Of a stretch of DNA of 64,000 nucleotides, positions 49,021 to 62,211 are shown piece by piece. Within the stretch, counting starts at the first letter, position 1; each line of letters opens with the position of its first letter. Source of the stretch: Octopus sinensis (taxonomy: Eukaryota); the NCBI RefSeq assembly GCF_006345805.1, contig NC_043000.1:65906001-65970000 (forward strand), written 5' to 3'. Under the pieces are notes generated by a model. It did no database searches. It was not told where the DNA came from and worked only from the letters and a program-made list of their open reading frames with translations. Made by a program: the position numbers and the translations under genes.

Positions 49021-49228
49021 GGCGGTGAGCTGGCAGAATCGCTTGCACGCCGGGCAAAATGCTTTGCAGTATCCGTCTGTCGTTACGTTCTGTATTCAAA
49101 TTCCGCTGAGATCCACTTTGCCTTTATTCTTTCGGGGTCGAGAAAATAAGTATCACTTGAATACTGGAGTCGATGTAATTGACTTAACCCCGCCAATGAA
49201 ATCACTGGCCTTGTGCCAAATTTGAAAC
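49021..49228 (+). mobile_element. Nin/Deu-type SINE with 12-bp TSD
   Basis: CAATATTTTCAG at 49001-49012 and 49229-49240. Confidence 0.9.
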
Positions 49229-49512
49229 CAATATTTTCAGCTAATATAAACCTGTTAATGGTCTCTGTATCTTCTCTGTTCCAAACAACGAGTGCTACAA
49301 ATATCTAGGTATTGATGAACATATAACATAGAAAGGTGGATACTGTGAACAAAGAGTAAGCAAAGAAGATTATACCAGACTTTAAAAAAGATGGCGCTCA
49401 GAGAGTTTCTCTTGAGTGACAATTTCCCACTGTACATTTGCAGTGACAGTACCGGTACCTACATTTGAGATACTTGACTGAGACCATAGAGAAAATTTGC
49501 TCCATAAATATT

Positions 49513-49959
49513 CATTTCAAACTTTGACACATGGCCAGGAATTTCGGGGGAGGATTTATTCGATTACATCGACCCCAGTGTTCAACTGATACTTATTTTA
49601 TTGACCCCGCAAGAATGAAAGGCAAAATCAACCTCGGAAGAATTTAAATTCAAACTCAAACCGTAAAGATAGGCGAAATACCATTAAACATTTTGCCCAG
49701 CATGCTAACGATTCTCCCAGTTCGCCGCCTTATTTTGTTCAATAAATATTAGATTCAAATTTTGGTGCAAAGCTATAAGTTCCGGAGAAGGAGTAAGTCG
49801 ATTACATCAATCCCAGTGCACAATTAGTACTTATTTTATGAAACCCCGAAAGGATTAAAGGCAAGGCCGACCTCGGCGGAATTTGAACTCAGAACGTAAA
49901 GACGCTAAGCATTTTGCCAGGCGTACTAACTATTCTGCCAGCCTGCCTCCTTTAATTCA
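49513..49959 (-). mobile_element. Two tandem Nin/Deu-type SINEs inside one TSD
   Basis: TCCATAAATATT at 49501-49512 and 49960-49971; two SINE bodies lie between. Confidence 0.8.
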
Positions 49960-51094
49960 TTCCATAAATATTAAAACCCGTAAGATGCTGAAATAAACTA
50001 GAAGCTTCATAAAAATAATGATAATACCAGGCCCATCTCGGAAGAAAAAACGAGTAAGAGGTTTAAGGTCAATCTAGACAGCCTTTGAATGTTGTATAAC
50101 CTTGGTTCCCAAACTGGGGTCCGCGAAGGGGTCGCCAATTTTCAAATTTTTAATGTTTAAAAGCCTAGGATTTTAGGTTTTAGCTAAAGCTGGAACCATT
50201 GAACATACACGCACTACACAGAGCCCCTAATTTAGGTTTTTAAAAAACTTACAGATAGAATGCTTTTGAAGCGACGCGTCGCGACACGCGCAGAGTGTAC
50301 ACGCACGTACTTGAATGCAGGCACCTTTATGTGGCTTTATTGATCGGTGTGGGGCTAAGGGCGTAGCAAGTCTAAATAGGATTGAAAATTGTACATATAA
50401 ATTTCAATTTAAACATTGCAATTTAGAATTATCAAATGCAAAATACTTTAAAATATACCAATATAAACCCAACATGAATGGCCAAATTTGTTCGAGTCTA
50501 GGCTGCAGCATGCGCGAGTCATCAAATTTTTCTCCAATCTACCTATACATTGGGTTTATATTGATACATTGAATATTTGCATTTGATAATTCTAAACTGC
50601 TATGTTTAAATCGAAATTTACACGTAATTTTTAATTCTTCATCGATTCATATCAAATTTTATATATGTTCTGAGGCAGCTTTTATAAGTAAGATACATTT
50701 GTGTTATTTGTCTGCAAGCATGGGGTATAGTCTGAACAGGAGTATATTCTGGGCTGGCTATCTGGAGGAGGTATAGTCTGGGCTAGCCTAGACTAGCCCT
50801 AGTACAGTCTGGGCAGGGGTATATTCTGAGTTGTTACAGCGGCCGTAACACCGGCTCTTTGATGACATAGTCCGCAAGAGTGGTTTATGAAGAGGTTGCG
50901 ATTTGTTTTCACCATCACACATTTACGAACGCCTATATTTTCGACATATTTATCATCGTAAGTTCATTCTTAATTTTACTTTTTATGTTTGTATTGTATT
51001 AAGCATCTATAAGTAGGGACCTAATAAGCCAATAAAAAGACAAGCTAGTCGCGCTGTCAGAATGAAGACGTTCGTTCAACATAAAGTTTTGTTT

Positions 51095-51345
51095 GTTGGT
51101 TCCTTCTCGAGCCACACCTGGCTCACAGGGCCGGTTTCCCGGTTTCCTTGGCGTATAGGTTCCCCACCTGGACGGGACGCCGGTCCATCGCAGGTGAGCT
51201 GCAAGATGCAAGAGGAAAGAGTGAGAGAAAGTTGTGGTGAAAGAGTCAGCAGAAGTTCGCCATTACCTTCTGCCGGAGCCGTGTTGAGCTCAGGTGTTTC
51301 GCTCGACCGCGAGACTGCTGCTCTAATCACTAGGCCATGGAACTC
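51095..51345 (-). mobile_element. tRNA-derived SINE inside the hAT
   Basis: Shares CCGGTTTCCCGGTTT...CCTGGACGGGACGCC with 59410-59470 and its central part with 29510-29810. Confidence 0.75.
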
Positions 51346-51558
51346 CACTCTATATAAAGTACCAAGCGACTTTTAGCTGAATTTCTTTTTAAGCAGTTAC
51401 AATGCGTTACAATGGTAAGAAACTTGACCAAGTCCAAGTGAATGACTAAAATGAGGATATTGAAGTAAAACAAGATTAACTTCTGCATGAATAAGGACTT
51501 AGCGTGCTTTGTAAAATATCTTATTATCTTGTGTGTGAGTGTGTGTGTGTGTGTGTGT

Positions 51559-51590
<32 letters not shown>

Positions 51591-51769
51591 TGTCTGTCTG
51601 TCTGTCTGTGTCTGTGTCTGTGTCTGTATCTGTATCTGTGTGTGTATGTGTTTTATATATATATATCTATACTGATAAAAGTAACAAAGTTTTCTCAACA
51701 GAGTGAAATAGTATTAAATTCTGTGCATTTAAAGCGCAACATTTACATATTGTTATATTTATTTGTACA

Positions 51770-53796
51770 ATGTCTTTTACAAATAAAAGAAGATATGAAG
51801 AGTCATATCTAAGTTTCGGCGTCACTGTGCTTACTGCTGGTGGAGTAGAAAAACCACAGTGTGTTCTGTGCTTTGAGGTGTTGGCAGCTTCTTCGCTGAA
51901 ACCTAGCAAGCTAAAGCGGCATTTGGAAACGAAACATCCCAGTGCAGTCAACAAAGATGAGCAATTTTTCAGACGCCAAGCTGATAGATTGGTCAAATCC
52001 AGGTTTGATGACACAGGAATGTTTATGCAGGACGTCGCGGCCGGTCTGAAAGCCTTCTACGAGGTTTCAAGGAAAATTACTGCTGCAAAAAGCCACATAA
52101 CACTGGAGAGCAGTTAGTTCTTCCTTGCTGCAAAGATATAATCTCACTCGTGCTCGGAATGTCCGAACTACAGAAGCTTAAACATGTTTCACTTTCCAGC
52201 AATACCTATTTCTTTACTACCCACAAGGGGTTAAACGCAGAGAGGACAAACAAGGACAGACAAACGGATTGAGTCGATTACATCGATCCCAGTGCATAAC
52301 TGGTACTTAATTTATCGACCCCGAAAGGATGAAAGGCAAAGTCGACCTCGGCGGAATTTGAACTCAAAACGTAACGGCAGATGAAATACCGCTAAGCATT
52401 TCGTCCGGCGTGCTAACGTTTCTGCCAGCTCGCCGCCTTTCCAACAATACCGTCAGTCGATGAATCGTTGAGATGTCTGATAATATTTTGTCTCAGGTTA
52501 TCTCAAAGATATAAAAAAAAACATCAATGCTTAACTATGTCGTCATCTAAACTGATGAAACCACTGACGTGGTGGATTCAGCACAACTTTGTGTTTATGT
52601 ACGTTACGTGCATAACAAACGCCTGGAAGAGGAATTCTCTTTCTACGAAACCCTCAACACTGCAAACGATATATTCCAGAAAGTGGATCAATTCTTTAAC
52701 ACGTATGGCTTAAACTGGGAGCACGTTGTTGGAGTGTGTACCGACAGTGCTCCAACAATGATTGGTTGCTGCTCTGGCTTTCAGACAATGGTGAAGGAGA
52801 AGTCTCCAAACGCAATCGATACGCATTGTACACGTCATCGATGGTTAAAACAATGCCTGACCATTTGAAGAATGTTTTGAATGATGTGGTCAAAGCAGTA
52901 AATTTTATCAAAGCCATTTCTCTAAACTCGCGTCTTTTTGCTGACTTGTTCAAGGACAATGGCTCCGATTTTGAAACGCTTATACTGTACTCGCATGTGA
53001 CGTGGTTAATCAAGGGGAGAGTACTGAAAAGAGTCTTCGTTCGACGAAAAGAGATACGCGAATTTCTTCGGGATGCTAAAAAAGAATTGCATAGACAATT
53101 CTCCAATACTCGGTTCCTTATATGCCTTTCCTTTTCGGTCGTCATTTTTTAATCAGTTAATTCTGTTACCTTAGCACTACAAGGAAAGGACATTACCGCT
53201 GTCCACTGTCATGAACAAATGATTGCATTTAAAATGAAGCTCCATTTGTGGCATTCCAAATTGGAATGTGAGAATTTCGCATCATTTCCGAACCCCAATA
53301 CTTTCCTTGATGAAGATGGCCTTCAAGTTGATGCTGATATCCTCGACATAATAAAACAGCATGTCTTAGTTCTTCACGCTGAAATTCAAAGATACTTCCC
53401 CGACCTAAAAAACTTGGAAAAAGTTCATAATTTCATCACCAATCCCTTTGCAATCTCTGTTGTGGACCTTCCGTTAGAAGATTAAGTCATTCAAGAACAG
53501 TTCATCGATTTGCTGAATGATGGAGGTGCAAAAACGCCTTCCATAACATGTGTTGCAGTGAATTCTGGATTGAAATGACGCAATCCTATCCAGATGTTGC
53601 CAAATTGGTCCTCAATTTCATCGTTCCATTCGCAACAACGTACGAATGTGAGATCGCTTTTGCAACTTTACTCGCAATTGAAACAAAGGTTCGCAATAAA
53701 CTGGATGTAGCGCATGACATGAGGGTCGAATTATCAAAAACGCAGCCTAATATTGAAGACATATTATAGAAAAAACAAGTTCACCCCTCCCATTAA
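51770..53796 (+). pseudogene. Buster-type hAT transposase pseudogene (ZBED5/ZBED8/SCAND3-like family)
   Basis: BED finger PQCVLCFEVLAASSLKPSKLKRHLETKH; DETTD; CTDSAPTMIG; HCTRH; LYSHVTWLIKGRVLKR; PFATTYECEIAFA dimerisation motif; stops, frameshifts and a SINE insertion. Confidence 0.93.
52207..52437 (-). mobile_element. Young Nin/Deu-type SINE in the hAT ORF
   Basis: 14-bp TSD TTTCCAGCAATACC (52193-52206) and TTTCCAACAATACC (52438-52451); central CCTTTCATCCTTTCGGGGTCGATAAATTAAGTACCAG. Confidence 0.93.
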
Positions 53797-54209
53797 ATTT
53801 TTTTTTATTTTATCAGTAACATTTTATCTCAGGAAAAAATTATTTTACACAAGGTCATTTACTTCGTTCGTCTACTCTAATTTTTTCATTTTGGGGCGGG
53901 AGTGAAGGTCCGCAATGCCTCGAAAACATGGGAGGGGGTCCGTAGGATAAAAATTTGAAGAAGTTTTGGAAGTATAATATCAGATAGCATCTGCTAAACA
54001 GCAGTAACAAATAATATGTATTTAACCATTTACACATCTGGAGTGAACTCAAGAAGTATTCACTTCTCGGTAACGTTCCGAGCAACCTCCTTTAAAGTTG
54101 GATTTGTCTACCTCAACAAATACCTGGAGGAGAAGCATCCTACACATCAAGAAAAGGATATGTGTGTACTTTCTCGTAAACTTGAAAATGCTACTAGTAG
54201 TTTTCCTAC

Positions 54210-54630
54210 TATAGGCGCAAGGCCTGAAATTTTAGTAGAGGAGGCTAGTGCATTACATTGACCCCAGTGTTCAACTGGTACAATTTTATCGACCCCGAAA
54301 GGAAGAAAGGCAGAGTCGACCTCGGCGGAATTTAAACTCAGAACGTAATAAGTCGGAAGAAATACGGCAAAGCATTTTTTCTCATCCGCTTGCAATACTC
54401 TCATCTCGCTGCATTAATGGTACTAATAATGGTTTCAAATTTTTGCACAAGGCCAGTACTTTTTCAGAGGAGGGGAGGTCGATTATATCGATTCCACTTA
54501 TTTTATCGACTCCGAAAAGATGAAAGGCAAAGTCGACCTCAGCGGAATTTGAGCTTAAAATGTAAAGACGGACAAAATGCCGCCAAACATGTTGTCCGGC
54601 GTGCTAAGGATTCTGCCTGCCCTCCGCCTT
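54210..54630 (-). mobile_element. Two tandem Nin/Deu-type SINEs
   Basis: Two GGCAAAGTCGACCTC(G/A)GCGGAATTT-type blocks at about 54310 and 54525. Confidence 0.8.
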
Positions 54631-54661
54631 AAATGATACTAATAATGGTTTCAAATTTAGT

Positions 54662-54856
54662 ACACCATCGCTTGACAACCAATGCTGGTGTATTTACGTC
54701 CCCGTAACTTAGCGGTTCGGCAAAAGTGACCCATAGAATAAGAACTAGGCCTACAAAGAATAAATCCTGGGGTCAGTTTGTTCGACTAAAGGTGGTACTC
54801 CAGCTTGGCCACAGTAAAATGACTGAAACAAATAAAAGAGTAAATGAGTAAAAGAG
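54662..54856 (+). mobile_element. CORE-type SINE 3' half
   Basis: Matches 2640-2828. Confidence 0.85.
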
Positions 54857-54899
54857 GCCATAAATGTTTTTTGTTCTTTATGCTATAAATCTAAGTCCT

Positions 54900-56030
54900 T
54901 TGGCTACTGGAGAGAAGGTCAGGTTGTCGTGCTGATGACACTTGTTGAGCTAGGAACACGTGTAAATGACTGTCCTCTTATTTCCTGACAATAAATCTGC
55001 CTTTTTTCCTTTATGATATATTAATTTTGGGAAATTCTTGATTCTTGAGATTATCTCCCCTCCCTTAGTACAGCTTCTCTTAATTGCCGTTTGGTAATTA
55101 TGACATATCTTCAAAAAGCGGGGATGAATTTAGTAAATCAGGAATCTATGTTGTATGGCATTTGACATACCTGTATTTGTCTCATACATTAATGTCACCC
55201 TACTTGTCATGTAGTGATACAGTAAAAAAACCAGCTCTCTGTTGATAAATTCAATGTACATTTAGCTATCACGTGTGTAACTGACTTTCCTAACAGAACA
55301 TGCATTTTAATGTTAATCAAACGACAATCTCAGATAAGCTACATTTTTGATTCAGCTTCTGCTTTTCTTTTTTTTCTCTGCATTTAGAGTTCATAAGAAG
55401 CATTTCCATCCTTCGTTCTCAACACGTTCATTTTTAATTGATGTCCTTTGTCCTTACCTTTCTATTATTCATTTTATTCCACATCGTTCTGGCTATCATA
55501 TCATGCCTCGTGTGGAGATAATGGCTTCCGGTCATTCTTTTTCTAGTTAGCAATGAGGTAGCTGATATTTTCTGTTTGGGATGTTGCTGATTTTTCTTTT
55601 CTTTTTTTTTTTTTTGTATTTTTGAGGCAGTAGAGGAGTTATTTGTTGAGTCATTCTTACTCTTGAATTGAAAAGAGGTTGTTGTTGTTGTAACCTTAAG
55701 TAAGCCCTGTTCAACCAAATATCTATGGCACCATAATGTAGTTTCTCCAATGAGAAACTACTTTATGCGATCCACAGATTCCGATGTAACATCTCCCTCT
55801 GTCTAACTGAAGATCACCTTGTCCATTCTTGTATGCAGTGGTTAACTGTATGTGGTGTTCGTTTGTCGTTTCATGTAGGACCGCCATTTTCACATTTTTA
55901 CCATGCATTATATTTATCCGTAGTTCTCTTACAATAGTTTTTTTTGACAACATTTTATTGTCTAGTTAGTGTTCTAATTGTGACCATCTCGCCTCATTTT
56001 CAGCCCTATTGTTTTCCAATAGCAGACAGT
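54900..56030 (-). mobile_element. Decayed R4/Dong-type LINE fragment
   Basis: RMTGSHYLHTRHDMIARTMWN (RHD motif) and MHG segment on the minus strand. Confidence 0.65.
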
Positions 56031-56879
56031 GGCCAAAAAGTTCAAAAGGCCCACAACTAGGTACTACAATGTTGTGAGTTGTATGTTCGTTATAACTCAT
56101 TTGAGATGTTTATTTCTTGCTGTCTCGTTGTCTTATCTGGCATTCTCTTCTGGTTCAGTTCGTTTGTAGTACCTACTATATTGTCAGGCCGTTCATTTTC
56201 GGGAATACGTAATTTAGTGAAACAATCTGCATGAAAACAATATGCATCATGTAAATATACATGCAGACAAATGCCTATCTTAGCAGATACATATTTTTAT
56301 ATACAGAGTGATGCGCTAAATGCCGAATACAAAAATTTCTTAATTGAAATTGCCCTTTACAAGAAAAAACCTGAAATCCTGTCGCCGTTTGTTAGTAACT
56401 GGCGAAGACGCGGGGGCATAATTTCAAGACATCAAGAGTTATTTGTTCAAAGTAAATTTACCTGCTTAGGTAAATTTATATGCTTAGGTAAAAGAGGTAA
56501 AGTCTGGCCTTTATTTTCTGGCAAGGGACAACTATGGACATGTTTCACTCTACTAGACCACGTCAATTTTGTAGAATCTGCCGAAGCCAACTGAACAGTT
56601 GACATAGGGGAAAAGAGTTATGAATAATTTATGGACAGAATAATTTGCATATTTGAAAAATAAATTGAGTCAAGACAAATAATTCAAATTGGCCAATAGG
56701 TTCATTTTTAATTATGTACATGATCACCTAGATGATGTCCCATTTCCAAAAAACCGGCTCTTTCTCTATTGGAGAAAAATGTAAGAAATTAAACTAGGAG
56801 AACATGTACAGAGGTGCATGTGTGGCCCTGTGGCATGTGGTCTTGTGTGCTGTCCTACTGTGCGACATATTGAGTGAGT

Positions 56880-57165
56880 GTCTTCTACTATAGACCCGGA
56901 TCGACCAAAGTCTTGTGAGTGGATTTAGTTGATTGAAACTTAAGTTGTACACATATATGTGTATGTGTGTGCTTGTCCTCCCACCACCATTTTATAACCG
57001 GTGTCGGTTTGTTTGCATCCACATAAACTGGCGGTTTGATGAAAGAGACCGATAGAATAGACTTTAAAAAAGAAATACTGGGTTCGATTTGTTCGACTAA
57101 ACCCTTCAGAGCGGTGCCCCAGCGTGACTGCAGTCCAATGACTATAACAAGTAAAAGATAGAAGA
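56880..57165 (+). mobile_element. 5'-truncated CORE-type SINE
   Basis: GTCTTCTACTATAG...GAGACCGATAGAATA...GCGGTGCCCCAGC...GTAAAAGA. Confidence 0.8.
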
Positions 57166-58904
57166 TGATGACAGTCAAACTTTCATGCTAGAAATGTGAC
57201 AATTGAGTTGAATTGTGTTATATTAACATGTTGAATTATAAGCAAATAAAGGAAATTATCTTCAATCGTGTTTTATTGATAACACTTAACATTTTTACTT
57301 TGCAATACTCAAGTTGTAATTCTCAGAGAATTACAGTCATTGGTAACAGTAATAAACTGTCAGTGAAGAAATCGAGCGATGAAAATTCTTATCAAAAGTG
57401 AAACTGAAGACAGGCTGAGCTTCCAGCTGCAGTAAGCCAAATGTCCCCAAAGAGTTGAATCTTATGCTCATTTTACATGCATTCCGCAGAAACCTCTCCA
57501 ATGTTCTGGTGGCAATTTTCAATGCAAAAATTAAACTTTTCCGTTTAGCTAACACGCCGACCACAAGCTGACGTCAGAGACACTTGGCTAGATATTATCA
57601 AATATAGTATTGTATTGCTGTTTACCAACAGCAACCACCTTCGGTCTAAATTGCTAAATATAGAAAATTGAATCTCAAGGAAATCTAACCGCAGCAATTG
57701 TAACAAATAGAACCTAAACTGAGAATTTTACAACAGTACGAAGGAAATATGACAATAGAGGTCCCTGCGTACAACAAACAATTGGTGAGTTGGTTAAATC
57801 TTATTTCAGAAGGCAAAAACTAAAAAAAAAAAACAGAGTAAAATACGAAAAAAATAAAGCCAAAATAATCGGCAGTATTGACACTAAACAAAGAAATAAA
57901 TGAAAATAATGGAAAGTAAAACGAAAATCAGAAAGTTATTTAATATCTTTATGTAATGTGAGAAATACATATACAGTGTATTTAAATTAAAATGTAATTT
58001 TCATTTATTGAAGGAATTAGCTTTACGTATGTGTTCACGATTGCTGAGCTAGCATGTATTGAGCGGTAGGCCACATAACAGATTTTTATTGTATCATTTG
58101 TTGGAAATACTATTATGAAACGGTGCACTTCAGCTTCTTTCTAAATTTGTAACACTTAATACATCATTTGTAGGCCCAATAACCACCAGCACTTGTGGAT
58201 GTAGCATTACGCTGTACGCTTACGAAATCATGTAGTTCAGCTCTTTTACCTTTAAAATAAAATGTGAGAACAAAATTCCCCTCTCTTTTCGATTTACAAT
58301 CATCACTCTGAATTTTTAGTTTCGTTTCTTTTGCATTTTACTTCTTTTTACATCATAAAATAACATTTAATCGATGAGTTTATGACAATATTTTTTTCTT
58401 AATATCACTTTAAGGCGATAATAGAAAATACAGATCAGAATTTATTGTGAATAATGCATCCAAGATTAGGAAATAACCACCCATTCACCCACCCAAAAAA
58501 TAGAAACCATAGCAATAAAATCTAATGCATTTGTAACATCAGTTTGAAAATAAGCATTTGCACTGATTACTCGAAGACATCCGAGACACTAACAGTAAAA
58601 CATAATAACCTCTTAACTACCATAAATGACATTGACCAGCGACTTAGCAGTTAAATTCTTGCATTGTATCAACACTTTCTGAACATCAGACACTGAAATA
58701 ATAGACTCGTAGATTAGGCGTTCGTACACAAACACATTATCTTGGGAGTAGATCCGTCTTAACAGAATTGTACGCGCCGGGTTAAGCAATGTATTGGGAA
58801 CTATCGGGCTGTCAGATAAATTCCTTTTTTTTTTTTGCCGTTTATTATATTTTATTCCAATGTAGTGTGTTATGGGTTTCCGTATCTCTATTCTTCCTCT
58901 ACAA

Positions 58905-59244
58905 TAGGGGTTCACAACCTTTTCTTTTTTATCTATGGACCCCTTTCATTACTATTCTATTCTGGTGCCCCCCTCCCCCTAGCTATGCGATGCTTAAAAA
59001 CTAGTTTTGTAGAAACTTCTTTCAAAATTCCTATTTTGCTACTCACACATCAACTTGTATTTGTTGAACCACAGAAATGTAAGAGAAAGCAACTTAGCTG
59101 CAGCTTGCAATCTACAGCAAAACTTTTTCATGGACTCTTAATATATTGTTGTAGATCCCTAATTTACAGTTTTGCTTGCATGGATCCCCCAAAACTCTTT
59201 TATGGACCCTCTGAGGTCATATGGACCACGGTTGAGAACCACTG
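58905..59244. mobile_element. hAT MITE with perfect 8-bp TSD
   Basis: TIRs TAGGGGTTCACAACC and GGTTGAGAACCACTG; TSD CTCTACAA at 58897-58904 and 59245-59252. Confidence 0.9.
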
Positions 59245-59265
59245 CTCTACAACATTTGTTTACAG

Positions 59266-59500
59266 TGGAGGCGCGTGGCTTAATGATTAGGATATTGGAC
59301 TCATGATTGTAAGATGGTTTCGATTCCTGGACGCGTTGTGTTCTTGAGCAAAGCACTTCATTTCACGCTGCTCCAGTCCGTTCAGCTGGCAAAAATGAGT
59401 AATCCTGCGACGGGCTGGCGTCCCGTCCAGGTGCGGATCTATACGCCATGAAAACCGGGAAACCGGTCCTTATGAGTCAGTATGACTCAAGAAGGTAACT
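59266..59500 (+). mobile_element. tRNA-derived SINE (second family)
   Basis: Homologous to 8358-8595; central GGGCTGGCGTCCCGTCCAGG block. Confidence 0.85.
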
Positions 59501-60738
59501 AACATTTGCTTATCGGTTTTTGAAAATTTGTGAACCTTTTACCTCTTTTCAGATAAATGATGATGGAGTGCCAAGGAGGTAAAACAAATGAGTTTACATG
59601 TCCGTCACTAAGGTGGTGGGAGCACTGAACAGCACTGGATTCTTACTATTCAATGGTGCACTGCAGATTTAGAAAATATAGTTTACAAAAATCTTTCAGC
59701 AATACATTTCTTGAAGTTTGACTAACATGCCCATCGATAAGGGGGTACATTGGACGACACTGCCTCCTCACTATTCAATGATGCACTCTCAGATTTACAG
59801 TGATTCACTTAGTTTTCGAAACTCTACGTTAGCATTATTACAAATTAGTGTCTACCCAGAATATTCTGAAGCACTCCTTCGCACCAAAGTCTGGTGACGG
59901 GTCTATGAGTTTATCTGAAAACCTAATACATACAATAGGACAGCATACATTGGTTAGCATTGGGTCTCTGGACTCGTTGGACCCCGAGGCAAATACCCTA
60001 AAACTACATTTCTAGGTAGTTGCTATAGAATTCTTCGAGAAATACCAAAATTCGTATTCATCGAAAAATCAACTACAAATGTAAGCCTGGACAATTTTAC
60101 CACAACAAAAATGTACTGGAAAATATCTCTTCATATCATTATAAAGCTATGAGTAGTTAAGACAGTGTTAACATATTTAATGTAGTAGGCATCAAAAATC
60201 TAATTAGAAATAATTGTGTGATGACAAAATATAAATACAATGTTAGCTGAATGAATGATTATATAGCTTTTAAATTATAAATTGGTTGTAAGATAGAACA
60301 GCAGACCTAATAATCTTCGGCTGCTATAACTACTGTATCATTATTCGTTTTGAAAAGACTGCGCGTTTGTAATCGAAGAGCGAGGGTTATTGATCGAAAA
60401 TCTCAAGAGACACAGTTGCAGGCACAGTGTCTAGGTGTGACAACAATCGTTAGTTTTGTGATGTTAATGTAAAAGATATGACACATAATGTGAGCAACCA
60501 AAAGAAAAAAAAATTAAGATTCCCGAATCAGAGCTTCTAACAGCCCCAGACATTATATTATGTAATTCTTCATCGTTGCTGTTATCTACATTCAGACATA
60601 ACATAGCAATATACAGCAAACACCAATAATCAACCAATTTGAATATAAGGAGACGTATACACGCGCATACATATACACACGCATACATATACACACGCAT
60701 ATATATAAGTGACATGGAACCATATCAAACTGATTTAA

Positions 60739-60793
<55 letters not shown>

Positions 60794-60814
60794 TAATAAT
60801 GCCCAGATGTAGCA

Positions 60815-61770
60815 CTAGGCAGTGGCTCTCATAGCTTCTGATCTCAACTGATTGGAAGTGTTATCATGTACGTTGTTTTGTCTTGGTATAAAAGATGGGC
60901 TACAGCAAATATTCTGCTCAATACCACAGATTTGCTTGTCAGTTGTTTGACCTTTACCAGTTGAGCATGTCCCTAAGTGGCTGACGATATGTGCATCTCT
61001 GATCATGAGCAGAAGTAGTTGGGGAGCATCATAGCTGTATGTTGAAAGGAATTCTTAGAGGTTTGGATAATTCACCTTTAGAAACATGGGTAGTTCGTTC
61101 AACATCCTTAAACTTGCAGGTGGAGCCCAGTTAGAATTCTTTTCAAGTCGAGCAGCCTATCCCGCTCAAAAATTCCCCAAATAAGGTTTATTTTAAGGAT
61201 GATGAACAAAACACCTATATTTCCAGAGGTGAATTATTCAAACCCCAAAGCATTCCCTCAACACATGGCTATGATGCTCCCCCACTACTTCTGCTTGTGA
61301 TCAGAGATGCACATATCGTCAGCCACTAAGGGACATACTTAACTGGTTAAGGTCAAACAACTGACAAGCAAATCTGTGGTATTGAGCAGAATATTTGCTG
61401 TAGCCCATCTTTTATACCAAGACAAAACAATGTACATGATAACACTTCCAATCAGTTAAGATCAGAAGCCATGAGAACCACTGCCTGGTTATTATTATTC
61501 ACCTCTGGAAATATAGGTGTTTTGTTCATCATCCTTAAAATAAACCTTATTTGGGGAATTTTTGAGCGGGATAGGCTGCTCGACTTGAAAAGAATTCTAA
61601 CTGGGCTCCACCTGCAAGTTCATGTGCTGTTTAACTTGATATGAGATCGCCATGTCGCACACATGGTTGTGATACATATACCTGGTGTATCGAGTAGTCC
61701 TGATGGATATATAGAGCTACGTATATTTGTACTTCAGAGTCATTTTGATGGCATGCGCTGCTTCCTCACT
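60815..61770. mobile_element. Rearranged copies of a (TAA)n-flanked interspersed repeat
   Basis: 60820-61110 and 61185-61490 are diverged inverted copies; 61111-61234 and 61497-61620 are identical inverted copies; (TAA)n on both flanks. Confidence 0.8.
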
Positions 61771-61771
61771 C

Positions 61772-61832
<61 letters not shown>

Positions 61833-62170
61833 GGGTTATTCCCCATTAATGATTTCTTTTATTTGCTACCAGAGTGAAGGTGAGGGGGACACTACAAAGA
61901 CATAAAGTGTGGGGGTTTACATGTAATGTGTATGTGTGTGTCTGTGTGTGTGTGTGTGTCTGTGTGTGTGTGTGTCTGTGTGTGTGTCTGTGTGTGTGTA
62001 CGATCGAGTGAACAAACGAAAGAGACACTCGACATATTTAATAGGAGTTACACATATTTTTTATTAAAAAGTTTGATTCAGCCCTATGCAACAAGTTTCG
62101 TAGGCGCGTTATGGGAGCCCACATACACACATACTTACTTACATACACACAGACACACACACACACACGA

Positions 62171-62211
<41 letters not shown>

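Larger units (their letters stand above)
50100..53970 (+). mobile_element. hAT (Buster/Charlie-type) DNA transposon
   Basis: Left TIR-like CCTTGGTTCCCAAACTGGGGTCCGCG; right subterminal GGGGTCCGTAG...AGTTTTGG; GTATAA duplicated at both junctions. Confidence 0.8.
48930..54240 (+). mobile_element. Old R4/Dong-type LINE interrupted by SINEs and a 3.9-kb hAT element
   Basis: FVDDLKIY at about 48935-48958; YKYLGIDE at about 49295; sequence before 50100 and after 53971 joins to match 19380-19450 (GCCTTCGAATACCGTATGGTATC...CACCTGCTAAAC). Confidence 0.75.

Noticed and set aside
51770-53796. Domesticated ZBED5/ZBED8/SCAND3-type host gene
   Set aside because: Multiple stops and frameshifts, a SINE in the ORF, and TIR-like ends show a decayed transposon.
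58613-58915. 100-aa minus-strand ORF
   Set aside because: No recognisable family or splice signals; it runs into a MITE boundary.
59553-59578. 26-nt micro-exon candidate (TTTTCAG|...GGAG|GTAAAA)
   Set aside because: The splice motifs are plausible but isolated, with no partner exon or homology to support them.
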